Shown: positions 9,183 to 18,109, numbered from the stretch's first letter. The stretch: DNA of 64,000 nucleotides from Nitrospirota bacterium (GCA_013152485.1 JAADGG010000067.1:15902-79901), one strand, 5' to 3'. Program-made: numbers and translations. The notes: a model not told the origin generated them from the letters alone.

Positions 9183-9545
9183 TTATTCACCTCCTATGTG
9201 CAAGACTCTGTCCGTGCCGAAGGCGCTTGCAAGGTACCAGTCCATGCTGGCGATGCCGAAACCCTCTTCCGTGTCTTCCCTGCCGATTCCCCTTGCCTTT
9301 GCACAAGCCTCGCAGTTTGTTATCTTGAATTTGCCGCTGTTGATCAGTTCCTTCACAGTGCCCATCAGGTAGGAGTAATCCCTGAACTTGCCCTGCCCCT
9401 TCTTCCCGAGCATCGTGCCGTTGCCGGAGAGCCAGAGGTCTACCTCGTGTCCCTTCTTGACCGCGGCCTCAGACAGCTTGATCGCAAAATCGAGTGACAT
9501 GGAACCAACTAGTGACGAAAAACAGCCTATTGTAAGTTTTCCCAT
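9183..9545 (-). CDS. DsrE/TusD-like protein with a conserved active-site Cys region
   Basis: In this 120-aa protein, ..KFKITNCEACAKARGI.. corresponds to ..ICVAAALRRGV.. of TusD/DsrE. An AAGGAGG SD is present. Confidence 0.7.
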   Translation of the reverse strand: MGKLTIGCFSSLVGSMSLDFAIKLSEAAVKKGHEVDLWLSGNGTMLGKKGQGKFRDYSYLMGTVKELINSGKFKITNCEACAKARGIGREDTEEGFGIASMDWYLASAFGTDRVLHIGGE

Positions 9546-9557
9546 GTTAGTGCCTCC

Positions 9558-9854
9558 TTATAGCCAGATTGTTTTTTCATAATCATTGAAGATGAGGTCC
9601 ACAAGCCCTTCATAGTTGATGACCTTCACCTTGCCGTCAACGACGTCAGAGTCTGAGAACCCCCTTGACTGAAGGTCTTCAGACAGCGCATAGTATTCAA
9701 CGTCTTTAGACAGAACCGGCGATACCTTGCCGTCCTTCTTGACTGCTGCATGGTATACACCGTTCTGCACCAAGACTATCCCCAGTTTTTCGGCCTTCAG
9801 TCTTTCCAGCATTGCCGGTTCCTTGTACTCACTCAAAAATACAGCAAGCCTCAT
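9558..9854 (-). CDS. DsrH/TusB-like protein
   Basis: The 98 aa from the ATG at 9854 (AAGGAGG lies 9 nt upstream) include ..VLVQNGVYHAA.., ..YALSEDLQSRGF.. and ..VINYEGLVDLI.., which parallel TusB. The ORF-track start at 9887 lies upstream of the predicted transcription start site. Confidence 0.6.
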   Translation of the reverse strand: MRLAVFLSEYKEPAMLERLKAEKLGIVLVQNGVYHAAVKKDGKVSPVLSKDVEYYALSEDLQSRGFSDSDVVDGKVKVINYEGLVDLIFNDYEKTIWL

Positions 9855-9889
9855 AACATTACACCTCCTTAAGATTTTTGTAACCATAC

Positions 9890-9919
9890 TTTATACCAGT
9901 TACAAGGGGGTATTGTCAA
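9890..9919 (-). promoter_or_regulatory. Candidate sigma-70 promoter for the dsrH/E/F-like operon (TTGACA-N18-TATAAA, minus strand)
   Basis: The reverse complement of 9914-9919 is TTGACA. The reverse complement of 9890-9895 is TATAAA. Confidence 0.45.
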
Positions 9920-10029
9920 TATAAATCAATGTTCCGCGCGGTTGGGGGTGAGGGAGTCTTCGGAGGTGGGTGTTCACGTATGTGTCCGCCCTGAGACAGG
10001 CGTTCCCCCTGGTCCGGCGAAGGCGACTC

Positions 10030-10608
10030 CTATCCGTCCTTCCGAAGGTCCCTTCCGATGGAAAAGGCCTTTCCGATGAAGCTCCCCAGGCCGTAATATG
10101 TACGGCTTTCGGGTGTGAAAGAGAATGGTTTCACCTTCTCGATATCAGGGACCCCGGTTGCCCCGAGTACGGACTCTTCGGCCTTCAGGTCCAGCACCTC
10201 GCCGATGAACTGCGTGTGGAGCCCTATCTCTACCGTATGGAGCACCCTGCATTCGAGAACAAGGGGAAACTCGAGAATGTATGGGGCATCCACGAGGTCG
10301 CTCTTCACAGGCGTAAGGCCGGTAACGGAAAACTTGTCCTCTTTCCTGCCGGACACGGACCCGAAGTAATCCGCCTCCCTGACGTGGCCTTCGGAGGGGA
10401 TGTTCACGGTAAAGGCCTTGCGCTCCACGATGTTGTCGTACGAATAGGTCGCCTTTCTCAGGGATATGGCGATGCACGGGGGCTGAGAACAGCATATCCC
10501 TCCCCATGAGACGGTCATTGCGTTGGCCCTGTTGTCCCTGTCATAGGTCCCTATGACCATGACAGGCGTGGGATAGATGATGGTTTTCGGACCCAGGGAT
10601 CTCTTCAT
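10030..10608 (-). CDS. Flavin reductase-like (FMN-binding split-barrel) protein
   Basis: The 192-aa protein has ..YPTPVMVIGT..ANAMTVSWGG.., which is typical of the flavin reductase domain family. Confidence 0.8.
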   Translation of the reverse strand: MKRSLGPKTIIYPTPVMVIGTYDRDNRANAMTVSWGGICCSQPPCIAISLRKATYSYDNIVERKAFTVNIPSEGHVREADYFGSVSGRKEDKFSVTGLTPVKSDLVDAPYILEFPLVLECRVLHTVEIGLHTQFIGEVLDLKAEESVLGATGVPDIEKVKPFSFTPESRTYYGLGSFIGKAFSIGRDLRKDG

Positions 10609-10678
10609 GATGGCTGCCCTCCTTTTGCCGTATCGGATTCTTTCGGTCCTATTCTATATGCTGGTGATAGACATGTCA

Positions 10679-10702
10679 AGGCCCTCAGCGGGCTGAGGGC
10701 CT
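10679..10702. promoter_or_regulatory. Perfect 10-bp inverted repeat (AGGCCCTCAG-CGGG-CTGAGGGCCT) in a divergent intergenic region
   Basis: Seen directly in the sequence. It lies 70 nt upstream of the flavin reductase start. No U-tract is present on either strand. Confidence 0.3.
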
Positions 10703-11044
10703 CTACAGGGCCATCCGCCCGACGGGCGCGGAATCTCGGCCCTGACATATACTGAGATCCGGGGCGTCATGTCCATATGCAAGTATGTCCACAGGGGATT
10801 CGGCCTTTGCGGTCTTTATCTTGACCGTTCTTCGGTCTTGTGTTCTGGAGAAGCCGCTCCGGCCCGGACTTCACAATGCCCAGCTTGCCGCTGTAGCATG
10901 GGAAGGCTGTAAGAGTCGGGACAGGGGGCCGTGTAATATATGTGGTTCCGGAAACCGAGACCGGCATATTCGTGTTTGTCCCGCTGCGGGGAACGTTGCT
11001 TGCAATGAGCTTGCAGGGTTTGATATATTATTTTTTGAATCTGT

Positions 11045-11521
11045 ATGAAAGATGGTGGAATGAGAATGTTCAGGAAGAGATGCATATCAATTCCCTTAAC
11101 CTTGACCTTCATGATATTCATGATCTGTGCCCCTCTCGGTCAGGTGAGGGCAACAGGCATTGTAATCTGCATCGGGGATGATGATCATATCGCGATGGAG
11201 GTCGACTATAATGCCATGCATTGCCGCTCAACCCAGGATACGGGGTGGACGGCCCCATATTCAACACCGGTCATGTCAGGAGATGGGGACTCAAGTTCCT
11301 GTCTGGACATCCCCCTCCTCGTAGTCTCTCCGTGTAAGAACCAGAAAATATCCTCACTCTTTCACTACAATCTGTCCAAGGCTTCCGGCCTGTTATACAG
11401 GACATCTTCAGCTGAGACCATTCTTGATGACGCGGTCTTCCCTGGCAGGGTTCTGCCAGAGAAGACCTCCGCTGTAGCCTCGGCCGCTACATCCCTTCGT
11501 ACGGTCGTTCTCCTTATTTGA
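11045..11521 (+). CDS. Hypothetical exported protein heading the RND efflux operon
   Basis: The 158-aa protein has an N-terminal signal-like hydrophobic segment (IPLTLTFMIFMICAPLGQVRA). It occupies the position that small periplasmic proteins hold in czc-type operons. No family was recognised. Confidence 0.45.
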   Translation: MKDGGMRMFRKRCISIPLTLTFMIFMICAPLGQVRATGIVICIGDDDHIAMEVDYNAMHCRSTQDTGWTAPYSTPVMSGDGDSSSCLDIPLLVVSPCKNQKISSLFHYNLSKASGLLYRTSSAETILDDAVFPGRVLPEKTSAVASAATSLRTVVLLI

Positions 11522-11708
11522 TACCGTAACTTCCTTGCCACAGGATCAAACCTCTTAACACCTGAGACGAGCGACTGCACTGCAGGGAGACGAGCCTTCA
11601 TGCCCGTTCCCTGGGGCAGCTCGCCCAATTGATCCGCTGGTGCACGCGAATCAGTGCGTCCGGCGACTGCATGACAACCACTAGATTGATGAAACGGGAG
11701 GTCTTGAC

Positions 11709-13046
11709 ATGTCTTTGAGGTTTTTACTGTTATCTGTCTGCTTTTTTGCAGCGACTGGAATGGTCCTGTTAAAGGAGACTGCAGCCGCGGTGGTGGTGGA
11801 TAAGCCGTCCTCAGGGTCAGAAGGTGCCGTGGATATGCTCACCCTTGAGCAGGCAATCTCCCTTGCCCTGAAAAAGAGTCCCGAGCTGGAGGTCTCGTCA
11901 CAGGAGATGAATGCCGTTGAAGCACGTATACTGCAGGCGGGTCTCTTTCCAAACCCTGAGATCGAGGTGGAGGTGGAAAACTTTGGTGGATCGGGTGGAT
12001 TCAACGGGTTTGATTCATCCGAGACGACCGTTCAGTTGAGCCAGCTGATAGAGCTTGCAGGGAAGCGGTCCAAGCGGAGGAATGTTGCCTCCCTTGAACA
12101 TGACCTTGCCGGATGGGATTACAGGGCCAGGCGTGCTGACGTGGTTGCAGAGGTGTCAAAGGCTTTTGTGCATGTCCTTGCCGCACAGGAGAGACTCTCT
12201 TTGACTCAGGAACTCGTCAGACTTGCAAGGGAGGCTCTTGACACGGTGTCAGAGCGGGTCAGGGCCGGGAAGGTGTCTCCTGTTGAGGAGACAAGGGCCA
12301 GGGTCACCCTCACTACTGCCGTGATCGAATTTGAACGGGCAAGGCGTATACTCGATGCCTCCCGCAAACGGCTTGCTGCAACATGGGGAAGCACTGAGCC
12401 ATCCTTTGAGAGGGTGGTTGGTCAGCTTGACGTGATACGGCCTGTCCCTTCGCCGGAAGAGCTCGAGTCCTTGATTTCCGGGAATCCGGAGATTGCCAGA
12501 TGGGCTGTGGCGATGGAGCACCGGCGCGCCGCCATGGCCCTGGAATATGCAAACAGAGTCCCTGATGTAGCGTTGAGCATAGGGGTCAGGCGTTTAATGG
12601 AAAGCAACGATAATCTCCTCGTATTCGGTGTCTCCATACCCCTTCCCGTCTTCAACCGCAATCAGGGAGGCGTGCTTGAGGCACAATCCAGACTTGTACA
12701 GGCGGAGAAGGAGCGGACGGCGGCAAGACTCAGGGTCCTGAGCGCCCTGGCAGGGGCATACCAGGAGCTTTCCGTCTCCTTTATGGAGGCGGTGGCTCTC
12801 AAGAGGGATGTATTGCCGGGAGCGATGTCGGCCTTTGAGGCTGCAAGAGAGGGTTATCGTCAGGGAAAGTTTGACTACCTGGTAATGCTGGATGCCCAGC
12901 GTACCCTCTTCGAGGTCCGGGGCAAGTATATAGATGCGCTGGCATCCTATCATAGGGCGGCCGCTGAGGTGGAACGGCTGATCGGGATGAAACTCGATCT
13001 GATCAAGGAGTCCGGCAAACAGAGACATGGAGGTGATCTGTCATGA
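11709..13046 (+). CDS. TolC/CzcC-family outer-membrane efflux protein
   Basis: The 445-aa protein has a signal peptide and the two-repeat coiled-coil OMF architecture. It is the first gene of the C-B-A order. Confidence 0.85.
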   Translation: MSLRFLLLSVCFFAATGMVLLKETAAAVVVDKPSSGSEGAVDMLTLEQAISLALKKSPELEVSSQEMNAVEARILQAGLFPNPEIEVEVENFGGSGGFNGFDSSETTVQLSQLIELAGKRSKRRNVASLEHDLAGWDYRARRADVVAEVSKAFVHVLAAQERLSLTQELVRLAREALDTVSERVRAGKVSPVEETRARVTLTTAVIEFERARRILDASRKRLAATWGSTEPSFERVVGQLDVIRPVPSPEELESLISGNPEIARWAVAMEHRRAAMALEYANRVPDVALSIGVRRLMESNDNLLVFGVSIPLPVFNRNQGGVLEAQSRLVQAEKERTAARLRVLSALAGAYQELSVSFMEAVALKRDVLPGAMSAFEAAREGYRQGKFDYLVMLDAQRTLFEVRGKYIDALASYHRAAAEVERLIGMKLDLIKESGKQRHGGDLS

Positions 13047-14257
13047 ACATAAACAAGAAAAAAGGGGTGCTGATTGTTGTAATGGTACTTGTGATCCTTT
13101 TGCTCTACGGACACATTCAAACCGAGAATCATGCAGCTGCCGATTCCCGCGGCGTAAGGGGGCAGGTGCAACAGAATGACAGGGATGACGGACATGGAGA
13201 GGTCATCCGCTTGACGGCCGAAGAGATAAAGGAGTTTGGAATCGAGGTGGCGGAGGCACGGCCTGGAAGGTTGGAGGTATATAAAAACCTTCCGGGAGAT
13301 ATCGTGCTTAATGCTGATCGTCTTGTGCATGTGGTCCCTCGTGTATCAGGCATTGTGCGAGAGGTCAGGAAGACCCTCGGAGACTACGTGTACAAGGGCG
13401 AGGTTATGGCTGTGCTTGAAAGTCGTGAACTTGCCGATGCAAAGGCCTCCTTTCTGGGTGCACGTGAACGTGTTGCCTTGGCCGAGGCAAACTTCATCAG
13501 AGAGGAGAGTCTGTGGAAGAAGAAGATATCGAGCGAACAGGAGTATCTCGAAGCAAAACAGGCCCTTGCAGAGGCAAGAATAGAGCTGAGATCAGCAGAG
13601 CAGAAGCTTCATGCCCTGGGCTTTTCCGAGGAGTCCCTGGCACGGATACCGGAAAAACCCGATGTCTCTTATACAAGGTATGAGATCGTTGCTCCCTTTG
13701 ACGGTACCATAATCGAGAAGCATATCACCCTTGGAGAGGTTCTCAAGGATGATGCAGAGGCATATGTGATAGCCGACCTGAGATCTGTATGGGTGGATAT
13801 AAGCGTCTATCAAAAGGATCTCCCGTTTATCAGGAAAGGACAGGAAGTGATTGTATCCGCAGGCCATGGACTGCCTGAGGCAAGGGGAAGGATCTCCTAC
13901 GTCGGGCCGCTGGTGGGCGAAGAGACCCGCACGGCACTTGCACGCGTGGTTCTGCCGAACCCGGAGGATACATGGCGTCCCGGCATGTTCATAACTGCCA
14001 GGGTTATGGTGGATGCGCCTGAGGTCGATGTTGTAATTCCAAGGACGGCGCTACAGAATATCGATGACGAGACTTACGTGTTCGTTGAGACAGGGGATGG
14101 TTTTATACCTCGGGCCGTGGAGATCGGACGCAGCAACACCGGCAGTGTCGAGGTTGTCTCGGGACTGCTGCCGGGTCAGAGGTATGTGGCCAAGGGGGCG
14201 TTCACACTAAAGGCCCAGTTGCTCAAGGCTGCATTCGGCGACGGTAACGGTCACTGA
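13043..14257 (+). CDS. RND periplasmic adaptor (membrane-fusion protein, CzcB/CusB type)
   Basis: The 404-aa protein has a 4-nt overlap with the upstream gene, an N-terminal TM segment, and a coiled-coil hairpin plus beta-barrel segments. Confidence 0.85.
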   Translation: MNINKKKGVLIVVMVLVILLLYGHIQTENHAAADSRGVRGQVQQNDRDDGHGEVIRLTAEEIKEFGIEVAEARPGRLEVYKNLPGDIVLNADRLVHVVPRVSGIVREVRKTLGDYVYKGEVMAVLESRELADAKASFLGARERVALAEANFIREESLWKKKISSEQEYLEAKQALAEARIELRSAEQKLHALGFSEESLARIPEKPDVSYTRYEIVAPFDGTIIEKHITLGEVLKDDAEAYVIADLRSVWVDISVYQKDLPFIRKGQEVIVSAGHGLPEARGRISYVGPLVGEETRTALARVVLPNPEDTWRPGMFITARVMVDAPEVDVVIPRTALQNIDDETYVFVETGDGFIPRAVEIGRSNTGSVEVVSGLLPGQRYVAKGAFTLKAQLLKAAFGDGNGH

Positions 14258-14275
14258 GTATGAGGAGGAGATATC

Positions 14276-17200
14276 ATGCAGAGAGTCATCCAGTTTGTAC
14301 TTAAGAGTCGGCTGTTGATGGTTGTACTGGGTGGGTTGGTACTGGCCGGTGGCTATTACAGCTATAATAAACTCCCGGTTGATGCCTTTCCCGATGTGAC
14401 ACCCGCCTTGGTTCAGGTATTCACCGAGACCGAGGGACTTGCACCGGAGGAGGTTGAGAAGTATGTGACCTATCCGGTTGAGGTGGCCATGAACGGGTTG
14501 CCAAGGCTTAAGGAGATAAGGTCGGTCTCAAACTTTGGTCTTTCAGTGGTGAATATCTACTTTGAGGATGGCACGGATATATACTTTGCGAGACAACTGG
14601 TAAACGAGAGACTCCAGCAGGCACGTGAGGCTATACCGGAGGGGTTCGGAGAGCCTGAGATGGGGCCGATCTCTACAGGTCTCGGCCAGATACTATTCTA
14701 CTTTGTAGAGGATGAGACCGGTAAACGCACCAACCAGGAGATACGCCAGATCCAGGACTGGCTGATAAAGTTTAATCTTCAGACCGTGCCGGGTGTGACA
14801 GAGGTCCTTTCTCTCGGTGGAGAGGTCAAACAGTTCCAGGTGCTTGTCAGACCTTCTGATCTTCTCAGATACAAGCTGACACTGAATGATGTTGTGGAGG
14901 CCGTGAAGACAAACAACTCTAATGTAGGGGCCCAGTTTATTGTGAAGAATGCCGAGGAGTATATTGTGCGATCCGTTGGGCTTGCTGAGAAGATCTCCGA
15001 CCTCGAACAGATAGTTCTCAAGTCGAAGGATGGTACGCCTGTATACTTGAAACAGGTTGCTGATGTGGTTGTCGGAGGCGAGATCAGGAGAGGACTGGCG
15101 ACCATGGATGGCAAGGGAGAAACAGTGGTTGGCATGGTCCTCAAACTCATCGGGACCAATACCTCGACGGTTATAAGGGATGTGAAGGAAGGGTTGGAGA
15201 GGATCAACAGAATGCTTCCCCCGGGGATAAAGGTGGTTCCCTATTATGACCAGGCCACCCTTGTGGCGAAGTGCGTGAACACGGTTGCAAAGGCGCTGTA
15301 TGAAGCGGTTGTACTCATTGTTCTGATCCAGCTGGTCATGCTTGGCGGTATCAGGCCGAGTATTGTCGTGCTTGCAGCCATCCCCTTCTCTCTGGCCTTT
15401 GCCTTTCTGATGATGCAGTACTTTGGCATCTCTGCAAACCTTATGTCCCTCGGCGGACTGGCGATAGCCCTGGGCCTGCTTGTGGATGGTGCCGTGGTGA
15501 TGGTGGAGAATGTAGACAGGATGCTCCGGGAGGCAGATCCATCCGAGCCGCTGATTCATGTTGTGGCACGTGCATGTAATGAGGTCGTCCGTCCCATCAT
15601 CTTCTCTCTGCTCATTATAGTCATAGTGTTTCTTCCACTCTTCACCCTGCAGGGGGTGGAAGGAAAGACCTTTCGTCCGCTGGCACAGACCATGGCGTTT
15701 GCCATGTTTGGCTCCCTGGTCTTCGCAGTGATCCTGGTGCCGGTTCTGAGCAGCCTACTGATGCGGCGGCCCAGGAGGATGAAATCAGGACACAAGGAGT
15801 TCATCGTTGTGAGATGGCTGATCTCGATCTACCGTCCGGTGATAACCTTCTTTGTTGGAAGGCCGGTGGTGGCTATCGTAATGTCCCTGGTGCTTCTTGG
15901 TATGGGAGCCGTCCTTTTTACACGCCTTGGTTCCGAATTCGTTCCGAAGCTCTATGAGGGCGATCTGCTCGTCAGGGCGACCATGGCTCCGTCCATTTCG
16001 CTGGAAGAGGCTGGCGAGACCATGCTGCGCTTCGAGAAGAGGCTGACGGAGCTGTTTCCCGAGGTCGAGAGGGTCGTCACCCGTGTCGGGCGTGGAGAGG
16101 TCGGTGCTCATGCCGACCCGATAAATAATGCCGAGGCTTTTGTTTCCCTTAAGCCCCAGGAGGAATGGAAGACGGCAGACAATCCAGAGGAACTCTTTGC
16201 AAGGATGAGCAGTGCCTTCGAGAATTTCCCCGGTGTCCAGTTCAACTTTACGCAGCCGATCGCCGCAGCGGTTGATGAGCTTCTTACCGGGACGAAGGCT
16301 GAGCTCGCCATAAAGATCTTCGGGCCTGACATGGATGTGTTGAAGGAGAAGGCAGCAGAGGTTGAAGCAGTGATACGGACAATACCGGGAGCTGCAGATG
16401 TGCAGAAGGACCAGGTTACAGGTACTCCGCAACTCCGCATCACCGTAGACCGTGAGGCTATCTCACGTTATGGGATCAACGTGGAGGACGTCCAGCAGAT
16501 CATCAGGACCGCCGTTGGAGGAGAGAAGGCCGGTCAGATATTTGAGGGTATCCCGAGGTTTGATATCCTGGTCAGGTATACGCCCGAGAGCAGGGATACG
16601 GTGGAGGCCATCAGACATATCATGGTGCCTGCGCCAGGAGGCGCAAACATTCCCTTGGACAACCTTGTAAAGATAGAGGAGATCGTCGGGCCACGGCAGA
16701 TCACCAGGGAGAACAACCAGAGATTCATCACAGTGCAGTGTAATGTGAGGGGACGTGATATCGGGTCCTTTGTTGCAGAGGCGCAGGAGGCCATCGATGC
16801 AAGGATAGGGCTTCCACCGGGATATACGATTACCTGGGGAGGACAGTTCGAACTACAACAGGAGGCCAACAAACGACTGGCAGTGGTTATCCCCGTTACT
16901 CTTATGATCGTGTTCCTGCTGCTCTTCTCGAGCTTCAACTCGCTCAGGAACTCTCTTTTAATCCTGCTCAATATACCTCTTGCACTTGTCGGCGGTGTTA
17001 CAGCCCTATGGATATCAGGACAGAGCCTTTCGGTTCCTGCATCGGTTGGTTTCATCTCCCTGTTCGGGATTGCACTGGCCAACGGTATGGTGCTCGTGAC
17101 CTACATAAATCAGCTCTTGAGAGACGGTGTCCCTGTGCTGGAGGCGAGCATCACCGGTGCCTGTCTAAGGCTCCGTCCCGTACTGATGACAGCCACAGCA

Positions 17201-17380
17201 GCCGGGCTCGGCCTGGTCCCGATGGTCCTTTCGACAGGCACGGGCAGCGAGGTTCAGCGTCCGCTTGCAACAGTCGTCATCGGTGGTCTGGTGACGTCTA
17301 CAGTGCTGACATTGCTTGTTATCCCCTCGGTTTACAGGTGGTTTTCCATCAAACCCGAAGAGGAGACGGTGATGAAATAA
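14276..17380 (+). CDS. CusA/CzcA-family heavy-metal efflux RND pump
   Basis: The 1034-aa protein has 12 TM segments and two large periplasmic loops. The motif ..LVDGAVVMVEN.. is typical of HME-RND pumps. Confidence 0.95.
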   Translation: MQRVIQFVLKSRLLMVVLGGLVLAGGYYSYNKLPVDAFPDVTPALVQVFTETEGLAPEEVEKYVTYPVEVAMNGLPRLKEIRSVSNFGLSVVNIYFEDGTDIYFARQLVNERLQQAREAIPEGFGEPEMGPISTGLGQILFYFVEDETGKRTNQEIRQIQDWLIKFNLQTVPGVTEVLSLGGEVKQFQVLVRPSDLLRYKLTLNDVVEAVKTNNSNVGAQFIVKNAEEYIVRSVGLAEKISDLEQIVLKSKDGTPVYLKQVADVVVGGEIRRGLATMDGKGETVVGMVLKLIGTNTSTVIRDVKEGLERINRMLPPGIKVVPYYDQATLVAKCVNTVAKALYEAVVLIVLIQLVMLGGIRPSIVVLAAIPFSLAFAFLMMQYFGISANLMSLGGLAIALGLLVDGAVVMVENVDRMLREADPSEPLIHVVARACNEVVRPIIFSLLIIVIVFLPLFTLQGVEGKTFRPLAQTMAFAMFGSLVFAVILVPVLSSLLMRRPRRMKSGHKEFIVVRWLISIYRPVITFFVGRPVVAIVMSLVLLGMGAVLFTRLGSEFVPKLYEGDLLVRATMAPSISLEEAGETMLRFEKRLTELFPEVERVVTRVGRGEVGAHADPINNAEAFVSLKPQEEWKTADNPEELFARMSSAFENFPGVQFNFTQPIAAAVDELLTGTKAELAIKIFGPDMDVLKEKAAEVEAVIRTIPGAADVQKDQVTGTPQLRITVDREAISRYGINVEDVQQIIRTAVGGEKAGQIFEGIPRFDILVRYTPESRDTVEAIRHIMVPAPGGANIPLDNLVKIEEIVGPRQITRENNQRFITVQCNVRGRDIGSFVAEAQEAIDARIGLPPGYTITWGGQFELQQEANKRLAVVIPVTLMIVFLLLFSSFNSLRNSLLILLNIPLALVGGVTALWISGQSLSVPASVGFISLFGIALANGMVLVTYINQLLRDGVPVLEASITGACLRLRPVLMTATAAGLGLVPMVLSTGTGSEVQRPLATVVIGGLVTSTVLTLLVIPSVYRWFSIKPEEETVMK

Positions 17381-17403
17381 AGGAGGTTGTCAGTGTTCTG
17401 TGA

Positions 17404-17433
17404 GGACTTGCACTGTTTATCGGGCAGTATTGA
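17404..17433 (+). repeat. Intergenic motif A, copy 1 (GGACTTGCACTGTTTATCGGGCAGTATTGA)
   Basis: Compared directly with the copies at 18049, 49415, 48167 and 42435(-). It ends 30 nt before the P-II-like ATG. Confidence 0.85.
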
Positions 17434-17463
17434 ACAGTATCATCGAAAGGAGGCGTGAAAACC

Positions 17464-17796
17464 ATGAAAGAGATCAAGGCATACATAAAACCACACAAAC
17501 TGAGTGAGGTTACCATGGCCTTACAGAAGATCAAGAGACTTCGTGGAATGAGTGTGACAGGGATCAAGGGGTTCGGCAGGAGAGACGAGGAGGAAGATTC
17601 CGTCCATCCGGTTGTTGATGACCTCATGGACTTTGCCCCGTATGTAAAGATAGAGATATTCTGTCATGACGACCTCGTGGACCTGCTGGTCTCTGTCATC
17701 GAAGAAAAGGCGTATACAGGGCTGCGGGGTGACGGCAAGATATATGTCTCAAGCGTGGATAAGGCATTCAAGATCGGAAGTGGAGAGATACGCTGA
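17464..17796 (+). CDS. P-II (GlnB)-like protein encoded at the end of the metal-efflux operon
   Basis: The 110 aa from the ATG at 17464 (AAGGAGG lies 10 nt upstream) begin MKEIKAYIKPHKL.. and include ..GDGKIYV.., the P-II fold signature. Confidence 0.8.
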   Translation: MKEIKAYIKPHKLSEVTMALQKIKRLRGMSVTGIKGFGRRDEEEDSVHPVVDDLMDFAPYVKIEIFCHDDLVDLLVSVIEEKAYTGLRGDGKIYVSSVDKAFKIGSGEIR

Positions 17797-18048
17797 AGTC
17801 CATACGTCTCGAAGTGGACCGGGCTGGGAGGTTGACGGGACTGTCCGCCGAACTGTGCAAGTCGTTAAGCTTCTGTTGAAACACAGGGAGGGGACAGTCC
17901 CCACATCGTTAGGTCTTCACATAAACGTGTGAAACTTCTTGGCGCTGCCAAGTCCCCTCAAACCAGCGAGGAACTTTTTGTGGTCTGATGCATTCTGTTG
18001 ATTTTGACCTTGAGATGTGATATTATTTTTGATCATTAGTGTCCTGTA

Positions 18049-18078
18049 GGGACTTGCTCTGTTTATCGGACAGTAGTG
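18049..18078 (+). repeat. Intergenic motif A, copy 2 (GGACTTGCTCTGTTTATCGGACAGTAGTGA)
   Basis: Compared directly. It ends 31 nt before the ATG of the methyltransferase gene. Confidence 0.85.
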
Positions 18079-18109
18079 ATTTTTGTGAAAATTGTGAGCT
18101 GGAGACAGT

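Noticed and set aside
10700-11044. A possible metal (NiCo/czcD-type) riboswitch ahead of the efflux operon.
   Set aside because: I could not reproduce the conserved junction or sequence of any metal riboswitch from memory in this stretch. A covariance-model scan is needed before any claim.
17404-17433. Motif A read as a LexA SOS box (CTGT...ACAG) or as a sigma-70 or sigma-54 promoter.
   Set aside because: The dyad is CTGT-N7-ACAG or ACTG-N10-CAGT, not CTGT-N8-ACAG. TTGCAC has no -10 hexamer at 16-18 nt. The GG/GC spacing does not fit the -24/-12 arrangement. Only an ECF-like reading or an operator/repeat interpretation survives, as described in the findings.
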